From Myxococcota bacterium (GTDB lineage Bacteria; Myxococcota_A; UBA9160; SZUA-336): a stretch of DNA of 64,000 nucleotides. The position numbers and the translations under genes were made by a program. Under the pieces are notes generated by a model. It saw only the letters and a list, made by a program, of their open reading frames with translations. It did not search any database and had not been told where the DNA came from. The stretch covers positions 1,987,867-2,051,866 of the forward strand of contig CBDFGR010000003.1 of assembly GCA_965247115.1 (NCBI GenBank), written 5' to 3'. Every line of letters starts with the position of its first letter. Within the stretch, counting starts at the first letter, position 1. Below, piece by piece: positions 9,143-18,900 of the stretch.

Positions 9143-9248
9143 GATCCCCCCTCGCTCTGACTCCCGGCTGCGCCGAGACCAGGGACGCCATATCCTAGCA
9201 CGAGAGGCTAAGACAACACGCTACGACGCAATGTCGAGGAGGTGAATT

Positions 9249-9668
9249 GTGATCCGCCGAACTGTAATGGCGATCGTTGGGATCGTACTACTCGGCGCCA
9301 CCAGCGCAGAGGGGCAACAGACCTACCCGAACATCACTGGCGAAACGATCCTTGAGGATGATCGCATTATCGTCCAGCGGTTCGTGCTTGAGCCCGGACA
9401 ACCGGAAGGGATCCACGAGCACCCCGAGTTTCAACTTGTCATTGTGCTGCAATCGAGCAACGGACTCGTAACGAAGTTCCGCGGAGAGGAGAGAGTCTTC
9501 AATCGCACGGGCGACGAGCCAGATCGACCCGGAGGAATAGGCGCGTTTTGGCGACCCGGTCCGGTTCTGCTCAGCGACGAACACGAAAGCATCAATACGG
9601 GAACCCGGCCGCTTGAATGGATCGCCATAACCTTCAAGAAGGACTCGATTGCAGTCGAGAACCCGTGA
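9249..9668 (+). CDS. Secreted cupin-domain protein
   Basis: N-terminal signal peptide followed by a small beta-barrel cupin-like core (…GIHEHPEFQLVIVLQ…). Confidence 0.55.
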   Translation: MIRRTVMAIVGIVLLGATSAEGQQTYPNITGETILEDDRIIVQRFVLEPGQPEGIHEHPEFQLVIVLQSSNGLVTKFRGEERVFNRTGDEPDRPGGIGAFWRPGPVLLSDEHESINTGTRPLEWIAITFKKDSIAVENP

Positions 9669-9683
9669 GCTTTGCGACTCCGT

Positions 9684-10082
9684 TCAACCTGGAAGGCCGG
9701 CGATCGCCTCCACCTCGACCAGGAGTCCAGGGATGGCGAGCTTCGCTACCTCGACGAGAGCGCTGGCGGGTCGGGCGTCGCCGAAGAACTCCTGACGAAC
9801 CGGATTGATCTTCGCACGGTCCTCGATGTTCTGGAGATACACCGTCACCTTGAGCACGTCGCTGAAGCTGCTGCCCTCAGCCTCTAGGGCTCGCTGGAGG
9901 TTGCTGAACACTGCCCTGGCCTGGACAACGACATCCCCCTCGCCGATCAGTTTGTTCTGGGCGTCGACCGCCATCATGCCGGAGATGAACAGCAGGTTGC
10001 CGAAGCGAACGGCATCGGTGTAGTGGCTGATCGGTTCGCCCAGCCCCGGGAGGCGGACTTCTTTTCGTTTCCAGTCGACCAT
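9684..10082 (-). CDS. ridA: RidA/YjgF/TdcF-family reactive-intermediate (imine) deaminase
   Basis: 132 aa from the internal ATG at 10082 (MVDWKRKEV…), with RidA-like C-terminal motifs (…PARSAV/…AIPGLLVEVEAIA). Divergent from the amine oxidase gene. Confidence 0.75.
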   Translation of the reverse strand: MVDWKRKEVRLPGLGEPISHYTDAVRFGNLLFISGMMAVDAQNKLIGEGDVVVQARAVFSNLQRALEAEGSSFSDVLKVTVYLQNIEDRAKINPVRQEFFGDARPASALVEVAKLAIPGLLVEVEAIAGLPG

Positions 10083-10144
10083 GCCAGTAGTATACGATGC
10101 TGTGCAAATAACTGGACAAAACGATACCGACCGGAGGTACTCTG

Positions 10145-11521
10145 ATGGCTGATACACACGATTGCATCGTCGTGGGAGCCGGCGCCGCTGGGATTCTGGC
10201 AGCCGTTACGTTGCGGGAGGCGGGCCGCGACGTGATCGTCCTGGAGGCCCGAGATCGGATCGGCGGACGCGCCAACTCGGTGCCGCTGTCTGACGGGACG
10301 ATGGTCGAGCGGGGCGCCCAGTTCGTTCACGGCTCCGTCATTCCCACCTGGGAGTTCATTGTCCGATTCGGACTTCGGACCCACCACGCAGACCTGGCGG
10401 CGGTGGCCGACCCTCCCAGCGTCTTCAAAGACGGAAAATGGGGAGCCCCCGATCCAGTTGCGAAGGAGGCGGCCGAGGGCCTGGAAAGGGCCATCGGCCG
10501 GCCAAACCCGGACACGCTGAGTCTCAGGGAGGCGCTCCAGGCCGTCGGACTGAGCGGTGAGACCCTGGCCGCCGCAGAGCGCATGATGAGCGTGGAGGCG
10601 CCCATGTCGCCGGAGAAGCTGAGCGCGCGAGCCGCTTCGGAAATCCATCACATCGAGGACACGTTGAACGACCCTCTGGCAGGCATGCCACGGGCGGGCA
10701 ACCCGAACGCGCAGCTGGTCGACGGTTACCAGCGTCTGTGGGATGTGCTGAGCGACTCTATTCAGGATGTGCTGCACCTGAGCACGCCGGTAGAGGCCCT
10801 GGACTGGTCGGATCGCGGCGTCGTAGCCCATTCGGGCAGCCAGCAGTTCCGGGCAAAGACCGCCATCGTGACGGTGCCGGTCGGTGTCCTACAGGCCGGC
10901 ATACCGGAGTTTCGCCCGGGTCTGCCGGTGGCCAAGCAGGCCGCGTTCGCGGACATGGGCACTGGCGATCTGCTCAAGGTGATCGCCGAGTTCAAGAGCC
11001 CATTCTGGGAGAAGACCCTGGGAAACGTCCCGAGTCTCCGCTACGCGGACTCTTCACTGTTCCCAATCACAATGTCCGGGTTCTGGGATCGTCCCGGGCC
11101 GCCGACGCTGATCACGTTCGCGGGCACGCCCCATGCGACGGAACTCCGCGGGAACCAGGATCGAGCCAGATCAGAGTTCCTTGGTCAGCTAGCCAAGATG
11201 TTCCCGGACGTGGACATCGAGTCTGAGCTGGTGAGCCTCGAGGTGGTCGATTGGGCGGCGGATCCCTGGGCTCGGGGCGGCGTCAGTGTGGTGCCAGTCG
11301 GCAGATACCAGGCCCGTGCCGATCTCGCAGCCCCCACGCCGCCACTGTTCTGGGCAGGGGAGGCGACGCACTTCCGCGGCTACGCGGAGTGCGTTCACGG
11401 CGCCCTGGAGACCGGGCGGCGGGCGGCTTTCGAAGTCGTGCACGCCACGCAGCCGGCCTCCGAGTCAGGCTCGGACGCGCCTCTGGATTGGTGGCAGTAC
11501 AACCAGAGGATGAGGGTGTAG
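10145..11521 (+). CDS. Flavin-containing amine oxidase (MAO / polyamine oxidase family)
   Basis: N-terminal FAD-binding GxGxxG (CIVVGAGAAGILAA), …VLEARDRIGGR… and a C-terminal …FWAGEATH… motif typical of amine oxidoreductases. Confidence 0.8.
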   Translation: MADTHDCIVVGAGAAGILAAVTLREAGRDVIVLEARDRIGGRANSVPLSDGTMVERGAQFVHGSVIPTWEFIVRFGLRTHHADLAAVADPPSVFKDGKWGAPDPVAKEAAEGLERAIGRPNPDTLSLREALQAVGLSGETLAAAERMMSVEAPMSPEKLSARAASEIHHIEDTLNDPLAGMPRAGNPNAQLVDGYQRLWDVLSDSIQDVLHLSTPVEALDWSDRGVVAHSGSQQFRAKTAIVTVPVGVLQAGIPEFRPGLPVAKQAAFADMGTGDLLKVIAEFKSPFWEKTLGNVPSLRYADSSLFPITMSGFWDRPGPPTLITFAGTPHATELRGNQDRARSEFLGQLAKMFPDVDIESELVSLEVVDWAADPWARGGVSVVPVGRYQARADLAAPTPPLFWAGEATHFRGYAECVHGALETGRRAAFEVVHATQPASESGSDAPLDWWQYNQRMRV

Positions 11522-11531
11522 CTCCGGTCAG

Positions 11532-12875
11532 ATGATGACAAAGCCGGCGACGGCTGTGCTTGTCGCGCTCTTGGGCGTGGGATGCGGAACCTACCGTCCC
11601 GTGAACGCGCCGATCGAGCAATGGGCTGCGAACTACGGCTATCGGCCCGAGACAGTTAACGAGAGAAGGCCCACGGGCGACGTCCTCCTTGTTCTCGCCT
11701 TCTCGGGCGGAGGGACCCGGGCGGCCGCCTTGTCGTACGGCGTACTGCGAGAGCTCCGCGACACGAGTGTTTCCGTACGCGGAGAGCGCAAATCGCTCCT
11801 TGACGAGGTAGACCTCATCACCTCCGTATCCGGGGGCAGCTTTGCCTCGGCTTACTACGGCCTGTTCGGCGACCGCATCTTCGACGACTTCGAAGAGCGC
11901 TTTCTGCGGCGTAACGTCCAGGGGAGTCTCATCTTGGGGATGCTCCGGCCGAAGAACTGGTTCCGCCTCGCCAGCACTTTCTTTGACCGCACCGAGATCG
12001 CCATCGAGCTCTACGACCGCAAAGTCTTCGACGGCGCGACGTTCGAGGATCTGCTAGCGGCAGGCGGGCCGTACCTCCAGATCAACGCAGCCGACCTCGG
12101 GGTCGGATATCGTTTTACGTTCATACAGCCGCAATTCGATCCGATCTGCTCCGACTTGTCGCAGCTCAAGGTCGCGCGGGCGGTAGCCGCCTCGTCGGCG
12201 GTTCCCGGGCTCTTCAACGCGGTCACGCTTCGCAACTACGCGGGCTCCTGTGGCTTCGAGCGCCCCGTGTGGCTGGACGAGGCGCTCTCGGATCGGAACG
12301 CGCGGCGCAGATTCCGGAGTGCGTCCATCGCCGAGAGCTATCTGGATGCAGACGACCGCAAGTACATTCACCTCGTCGATGGCGGTATCGCCGACAACCT
12401 GGGGCTGCGCGGTCCACTGGAAGGCATCCTCCTTTCGGGCGGGATCCGGGAGCGGCTGGAGCGGCTCGGCTTGGCGCATCCCAGGTTCATCGTCGTGGTG
12501 GCGGTCAACGCGCAGGGCCAGAGCTCCAGAGGGCTCGACTTGATTCCAGGGGCACCCTCGCTCGGTTCCATGATCGGTTCCGTGAGCGGAGTTCAGATTC
12601 AGAGCTACAACTTCGAGACCCTCGAGCTGATGAGGTCGAGCATGGAGAACTGGGCGCGGGAGCTGCCACCCGACGCGGAGGGGCGGGCCATCCAGACGTA
12701 TCTTGTCGAGGTGGCCTTCGAGACACTCGCGGATGAAGAGGAGCGGGAGTTCTTCAACAACGTTGCGACGAGCTTTGTGCTCGACGACGAGACCGTTGAC
12801 AGACTAATCGAGGTCGGTGGGCGGCTCCTCAGGGAAAACCCCGGATTTGTGAGCCTCCTGGCCGATCTCCGATGA
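11532..12875 (+). CDS. Patatin-like phospholipase, lipoprotein
   Basis: Lipobox (LLGVGC). Patatin motifs: oxyanion GGGTRAA, nucleophile GVSGGS, catalytic DGGIADN. Starts 11 nt after the amine oxidase stop. Confidence 0.8.
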   Translation: MMTKPATAVLVALLGVGCGTYRPVNAPIEQWAANYGYRPETVNERRPTGDVLLVLAFSGGGTRAAALSYGVLRELRDTSVSVRGERKSLLDEVDLITSVSGGSFASAYYGLFGDRIFDDFEERFLRRNVQGSLILGMLRPKNWFRLASTFFDRTEIAIELYDRKVFDGATFEDLLAAGGPYLQINAADLGVGYRFTFIQPQFDPICSDLSQLKVARAVAASSAVPGLFNAVTLRNYAGSCGFERPVWLDEALSDRNARRRFRSASIAESYLDADDRKYIHLVDGGIADNLGLRGPLEGILLSGGIRERLERLGLAHPRFIVVVAVNAQGQSSRGLDLIPGAPSLGSMIGSVSGVQIQSYNFETLELMRSSMENWARELPPDAEGRAIQTYLVEVAFETLADEEEREFFNNVATSFVLDDETVDRLIEVGGRLLRENPGFVSLLADLR

Positions 12876-12974
12876 CCTCGTCGTCGCAATCGTTCCTCGC
12901 CCCGTCAGGCTGGCTCCGCTCTGCGTCCTCGATCGGTTCTCGCATTCGTTGTTAGCAGCCGGGATAGCGGTTGT

Positions 12975-13454
12975 ATGATGGCCATCTCGAAACCCCCAAC
13001 CATTCACGAGGAGATCACCGTGCGTTCCACCCTTCGCAGCTCTTTCGGTCTGATCGTGTCCGCCCTTCTGCTCCTGGGTAGCGTCGCTCTGCCGGCAAAC
13101 GCCGGCGTCGGCGAGATAGCCCTGAAGCTTGCAGGCCCACTGGCCGGGCAGTTCGGCGTGTCCGCCGACGCGGTCACGGCGCTGCTCAAAGGCGGCCTCT
13201 CCCTCGAGTCTGTCACCGAACTCCTGCTGGTCTCGCAGAGCTCCGGGAAGGACCTCACCAACGTGACGCAGCTCTATCGCGAGTCTGGCGACCAGATCGG
13301 GAAGACCGCCGAGCAGCTCGATGTCGCCGAGTCGGCCTACTCGACAGACAAGGTGAATGCGGCCATCGACGGGGCGAAGAAGGAGCTCCAGGCGGACGCG
13401 GCCAAGGAGGCGACCAAAGCGATCGGCTCGGGGCTCGGCGGTCTTGGCCGCTGA
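12975..13454 (+). CDS. Secreted Ala/Leu-rich hypothetical protein
   Basis: Signal-peptide-like N-terminus and a low-complexity helical-looking body. The exact start is uncertain. Confidence 0.4.
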   Translation: MMAISKPPTIHEEITVRSTLRSSFGLIVSALLLLGSVALPANAGVGEIALKLAGPLAGQFGVSADAVTALLKGGLSLESVTELLLVSQSSGKDLTNVTQLYRESGDQIGKTAEQLDVAESAYSTDKVNAAIDGAKKELQADAAKEATKAIGSGLGGLGR

Positions 13455-13558
13455 CCATAACTCGGCGCATGCCCCCGCGAACGTCAAGGCGGTCAAGGGG
13501 GCCCCGCTTGCGATCCGTACACCGGAGTGAACTCGGCTCGGCGTAAGGGGAGAGAAGC

Positions 13559-14782
13559 ATGGACCGGAGCGAGGCCAAGGAAGACAAGAGCGGGACGCCT
13601 TCGTTCGGAGAGCTCAAGCGCGAGGTGGAGGACATCCTCCCGTTCGTGCAATCGGAAGCCGACGAAGCCGAGCAGCTGTACCATCTGACCGACCGGCTTG
13701 TGGCCGAGTTCCGCCGAAGGGGTCTCTACACGCTGATGACGCCCAAAGCGATCGGCGGCCTGGAATTGCCCTTCGTTGAGGCGATGGAGCTCGTGGAACG
13801 CGTGAGCTGGGCGGATGCCTCCACGGGCTGGTGCATGATGGTCTTGGGCGTCCAACACGGGTCCGCGGGCGCTTTCCTTCCCGACCAAGGTGTGCGCGAG
13901 ATCTACCCGGACGGTGCCGATGTGACGATGGCCGGGCAAGGGGTGCCCCGCGGTTATGCGCGTCGGGTCGATGATGGATTCGTCATCAAAGGCCTCTGGG
14001 GCTATGGCAGCACCATCTACCACGCTGAATGGGCCCATTCGGGTTGCTTCCTGATGGACGGCGACGACAACAAGCTCAACGACGATGGAAGTCCGCTGGT
14101 CGTCATCGCCCATCATCCAAGGGATTCGATCGAGCTGAAAGGTAACTGGGATACGCTCGGTCTCAGGGGCACTGGCAGTTTCGACTACACCATCAAAGGT
14201 GAAGAGCTCTTCGTTCCCGACGGTCGATGCTTCTGGATCGACAATCCAACCCAGTACCGCGGTGGGATCCAATACAGCGCCGGGCTCACTGGGCTAGCGA
14301 CCTGGGGACATACGAGCTGGGCGCTGGGCGTCGGGCGCCGCACCCTCGATGAATTGGCTGAGCATGCGCGCAACCGCGTCGATGCGTTCGGCAAGCTCTG
14401 TGACAGCCCGAGCTTCAAGCAGTCTTTCGCGGACGCCGAGGCGAAATACCGATCGGCGCGCGCCTTCGTCTACCGCGTGTGGGACGATCTCTGTGAAACC
14501 TTTGCCAAGGGCGAACCCGGGAGCAACGAGCAAATCGCTCTGATCCGGCTCGCGATGCGGCACATTCACAACGTGATTTCGGAGATCTCGACAATGGCCC
14601 ACCGCACCTCACGCGGCGTCTCCCTGCGACCGAGCGTGCTGCAACGATGCTACCGCGACATCCACTCCGGAACGCAGCACATCCTGCTGTCGGACGAAAT
14701 CGCTCAGGACTGCGGCAAGGTTCTCCTCGGTGTGACCAGTGAAAAAGCCGAATGGAAGATTCTGGGCCTGATGGAGCGTTGA
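13559..14782 (+). CDS. Acyl-CoA dehydrogenase-fold flavin-dependent oxidoreductase/monooxygenase (DszC/SfnB/HpaB-C2-like)
   Basis: 407 aa with three-domain ACAD architecture (…GWCMMVLGVQHGSA…, …LGLRGTGS…). Confidence 0.7.
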   Translation: MDRSEAKEDKSGTPSFGELKREVEDILPFVQSEADEAEQLYHLTDRLVAEFRRRGLYTLMTPKAIGGLELPFVEAMELVERVSWADASTGWCMMVLGVQHGSAGAFLPDQGVREIYPDGADVTMAGQGVPRGYARRVDDGFVIKGLWGYGSTIYHAEWAHSGCFLMDGDDNKLNDDGSPLVVIAHHPRDSIELKGNWDTLGLRGTGSFDYTIKGEELFVPDGRCFWIDNPTQYRGGIQYSAGLTGLATWGHTSWALGVGRRTLDELAEHARNRVDAFGKLCDSPSFKQSFADAEAKYRSARAFVYRVWDDLCETFAKGEPGSNEQIALIRLAMRHIHNVISEISTMAHRTSRGVSLRPSVLQRCYRDIHSGTQHILLSDEIAQDCGKVLLGVTSEKAEWKILGLMER

Positions 14783-15318
14783 CCTTCGCTGCGACCAGCC
14801 TGTCCTATCGCTCGCCGAAGACCGAGGTGCTGCCGAGCGGGATCCACGGCAAGGGGCTCTTCGCCCGAGTGGCAATCGCAGCGGGCGAGATCGTCGCGGT
14901 GAAGGGCGGCTACGTGCTCGACGCGGCGCACTGGGGAGCGCTCGAGAGGGAGCTCGGCTCCGCGGAGATCCAGATCGCCCGGGGCCTGTACATCGCGCCG
15001 GTCCGCTCAGCCGAGCGCGAGGGCAGCATGCTGTACTCGAACCACTCATGCGACCCGAACCTGGCGATCGAGGGGCAGATCGTCTTCGTCGCCCTGCGCG
15101 ACATCGCCCCTGGCGAGGAGCTGACCCACGACTGGGCCACCACGGACGACTTGGACTACACACTCGAGTGCCACTGCGGATCCCCGAGCTGTCGCGGGAT
15201 CGTGACAGGTAGGGACTGGATGAAGCCGGAGCTGCAGGCGAAGTACCGCGGGCACTTCGCCTGGCACGTGCAGCGGCGAATCGATCGGCTCGGAGCTGCC
15301 CACCCTCGCCGACGATGA
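14752..15318 (+). CDS. SET-domain protein (putative lysine methyltransferase)
   Basis: …GKGLFA… and the SET signature NHSCDPN, plus a post-SET Cys cluster (CHCGSPSC). The annotated start overlaps the preceding gene by 31 nt, so the true start may be slightly downstream. Confidence 0.65.
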   Translation: MEDSGPDGALTFAATSLSYRSPKTEVLPSGIHGKGLFARVAIAAGEIVAVKGGYVLDAAHWGALERELGSAEIQIARGLYIAPVRSAEREGSMLYSNHSCDPNLAIEGQIVFVALRDIAPGEELTHDWATTDDLDYTLECHCGSPSCRGIVTGRDWMKPELQAKYRGHFAWHVQRRIDRLGAAHPRRR

Positions 15319-15383
15319 AGCCGAATCGGCCCAGATCCAATCGCATCAAGGGCGAGGGTGCCGCTCGAGTGTCGCCCTGCTCT

Positions 15384-15866
15384 TCAGGTCGCCTCGGCGA
15401 GGCCTCGGATCAGCTGCCGGACGCGCTCGGACAGGTGCGGCAGGCACGGGTAGATCACCTGGATGCGCTCCAGCGCGTCGAGCGCCTCGAAGACGCGGCC
15501 GTGCGCCTCGTGGATCATCGCCATGCCGGACAAGGCGCCGAAGTGGCGCGGCTCCAAGGCGAGGGTCCGGTCGATGTCGCCGAGCGACGCCTCGTGGTCG
15601 CCGAGTAGCCAGTTCACCGTCGCGCGCTTGTTCCAGCCCTCGGCGAAATCCGGTGCAGCCCGCACGATCTGGTCGAAGGCCTCGATGGCCGCGCGGTAGT
15701 CCTGTTGTCCCATCGCGCGCAGACCCTTCGCCATCCACATCTCGACCTGGGGGTCGTCCGACTCCATCCACCGCTCCCAGATCGCGGCCTCGGCCTGGCG
15801 AGCCAAGGCCGCCGCGGGCGCGTCGCGGAGCGTGTCGAAGAGCGCATCGAGATCGGGGCGGGGCAT
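15384..15866 (-). CDS. TPR-repeat protein
   Basis: 160 aa with 3-4 tetratricopeptide-like helical repeats (…AAIEAFDQIVRAAPDFAEGWNKRA…). Confidence 0.6.
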   Translation of the reverse strand: MPRPDLDALFDTLRDAPAAALARQAEAAIWERWMESDDPQVEMWMAKGLRAMGQQDYRAAIEAFDQIVRAAPDFAEGWNKRATVNWLLGDHEASLGDIDRTLALEPRHFGALSGMAMIHEAHGRVFEALDALERIQVIYPCLPHLSERVRQLIRGLAEAT

Positions 15867-15994
15867 GTACGATCCTCAGGGTAGCAGCAACTCGGAAGAC
15901 CCTTCTCTCAGAGGAGCCCTGGATGAACAACCTCCTGAGAAATCACAACTAGGGCGCACTCGCCTTGGGGCGCTGGTCGGCGACTCCGACAAAG

Positions 15995-18900
15995 CTAGGA
16001 GGCGGAAAGGGTGCAGTCCGATACGAGATCGCGGACTTGCTCGAGCATCTGGTCGCGCGTGTATGCGCCCTTCTCGAGGATCGCCTCCACAGCGCTGCTG
16101 AGCAGTTCTCGATCTTCCTCCGTGAGATCCTTTGCGGTCGCGACGACTACAGGAATCTTTCGCCAGGCCTCGACGCTGCGCAGCTCTCCCAGAAACTCGA
16201 AGCCGGACATCACGGGCATCATGAGATCGAGAATGATGACGTCTGGGGTCCGCTCTCGAACACGCTCGAGTGCCTCTCGACCGTGCCTGGCCTCCGCGAC
16301 ATCCCAGCCATTTCCCTCGAGAGTTCGCCGCATGAGCTCGCGTGTCTCGTTATCGTCCTCCACGATCAAGATCGGGCAGGGAGGGTTTTGGCAGCGATAC
16401 TGGCTGATGATCTGCGAGAGGCGCTCGCTGTCGACCGGCTTGGTCAGGTAGTCGACGGCGCCCAGTGCGTAGCCGATGTTCCTGTCTTCGATCATCGAGA
16501 CCATGATGACGGGGATGTCCCGAAGCTGGGAATCCGATTTCAGCTCCTTCAGGACGGCCCAGCCGTCCTTGCCCGGCATCATCACGTCGAGCGTAATCGC
16601 AGCGGGTCGCGTCTCTCTGGCGAGGCGTAGTCCTGTGTCTCCGTCTGGGGCCATTACAACTTCGAAGCCGCTGCTGACCAGCGAGCGCTCCATCAGCTCG
16701 CGGGCTGCCGCGTCGTCGTCGATTACCAGGACACACTTGCCTGCGTGCGACACACGCTCCGCAACCACGTCACCGTCGGCTGCTGGGCGGTCAACCTCTG
16801 CCGGTAGGCGGATCGTGAACGTGGAGCCCTTCCCAAGCTCGCTCTTGACGTTCACGTCGCCACCCATCATCTGACAAAATTTCCTGGAGATCGCCAGGCC
16901 GAGTCCCGTACCACCGTATTCGCGGGTGGTCGAGGCGTCCGCCTGCGTGAACTCCTCGAACAGCTTCCCGAGCTTGTCCGAGGCGATACCGATCCCGCTA
17001 TCCTCGACAACGAATGTCAGTCGGTCGCCTGAATCAGTCTTCTCGCGCCTGGCCGAGAGCTCGATGGTGCCTCGCTCGGTGAACTTCGCGGCATTGCTGA
17101 GGAGATTGAACAGCACCTGGCGAACTTTGGTCAGGTCCGCACGCATCGAACCCAGCTCGCCCTCTCGCTCTATCCGCAGCGTGTTGCTGTTCTTCTTGAT
17201 GAGCGCGTCGATGGTGGCGACCACGTCGTCTAGCATGGACCCGACTTCAAAGGCCTCCAGATAGAGATCCATCTTGCCGGCCTCTATCTTGGAGATGTCG
17301 AGTACCCCGTTGATCAGCGCCAGCAGGTGCCCGCCGGCCTGGTGGATCTTCCGCAGGTCCGGGATGAACTCCTCTTGCTCGAGGTCTTCGGCCTCCTCAA
17401 TCAGCAGCTCGCTGTAGCCGAGGATTGCGTTCATCGGGGTGCGCAGCTCGTGGCTCATGTTGGCGAGGAAGGCGCTCTTGGCCCTGTTGGCCTCTTCGGC
17501 TGCCCCGCGAGCGATCTCCAACTCCTCGGCGGCCCTCTTGCGTTCGAAGACTCTACCGAGCTGCGCTCCCACGTTTCGCATGATCTGGAGCAGGTTCTCG
17601 TCGGGCGACATCTCTTCATTGAGGAAGAACTCGAGCACCGCCACCAGCTCCCCGCCCACCTGCACTGGGAAGCCGAAGGCGCCCTTGACGCCGAGGTCCT
17701 TCGCGAGCCGGTTGCGCGGGAAGTTCGGATCCGTCTGCACGTTGCTGATCCAGGCCGCCTCGCCCGACGCGAGGATCCGGCCCGGCAGTCCCTCGCCTCT
17801 CCCGAACGTCGTGCGCTCGGTGACCTCCCGAAATACGGCGTACGTCTCCGGGTTCTCGAGATGCCAGATCGTCGTGGGGATCAGCTCCTCCGGGTCCTCG
17901 GGAGACGGCTCGTAAACGTGGCCCACCGGCCAGCCGGTCATCTCACAGACCATGTCCACGACATGCGCCAGCGCTTCATCGACCGATTCAGTATCGGCCG
18001 CCATGTCTGCCGCTCGATGAAGGATAGTTTCTTCGAGGGCCTGGCTCGCCAGACTCTCCCTGGCTCGTTCGCGCTCGCCGATGTCGCGGCGTATCGACCG
18101 CGCCATCTGGTTGAAGGCCAGTGCCAGATCGCCGAGCTCGTCGCCCGAGCGAATATTCACGTGGGCTGAATAGTCGCCGCGGACGACGCGCTCGGTGCCC
18201 CTGACGAGCTGGCCGACGGGGTTGATGACCACACGTCGGAGATAGAGCAGCGAGAGCGCCGCAACCAACACGGCGAGTGCACCCCCGAACCCGATGATAC
18301 GGTTCCGAACGGCGGCGGCCGGCGCGGTGATCTCGGCCATGTCGACCTCGGCCAGGATCGCCCAGTTGAGCCCGCGGATGTGCAGCGGGCCATAGGAGGA
18401 GAGCACCTCGACGCCCCGATAAGCAGACTGCTGGAGCGTACCGGATCGCCCGGTGAGGGCGATGCGGGCCGCATCCGTATCGACCTTCTGCGCTAGGATC
18501 GAGGACACCTCGTGAAAGCGGCTGTCGGAGCGCATCAGGAAATCGTCGCCGATCAGGTAGGTCTCCCCCGTCTTTCCGAGCCCGGCGACGTCGCTCATGA
18601 TCTCGTTGATCTCGTCGACGGGCATTTGGAAGATGGCCACGCCGATCAAACGTTCGCCGTCGAACACAGGCGCGCCGATGAAGCTAGCTGGCGCACCGTA
18701 GCTCGGCTCGTACGACTCGAAATCCGCGATGAAGACCGATCCGGCAGAGGCGGACTGCAGCGCCTGGCGGTAGACGCCGGCGACGTTCGTCTCCCGGTGG
18801 AGGCCCTCTATGAAGTTCGTCGCGTACTCGGTCTCTTTGAACACCGAGTAGACGAGGTTCCCATCCGTGTCGAGGAGAAAGATGTCGTAGTATCCGAACG

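Noticed and set aside
11532-12875. Patatin-like phospholipase as a CBASS (CapV-like) antiphage effector
   Set aside because: It has a lipoprotein signal, so it is not cytoplasmic. No CD-NTase, cyclase or other CBASS component is adjacent. It is co-operonic with an amine oxidase instead.
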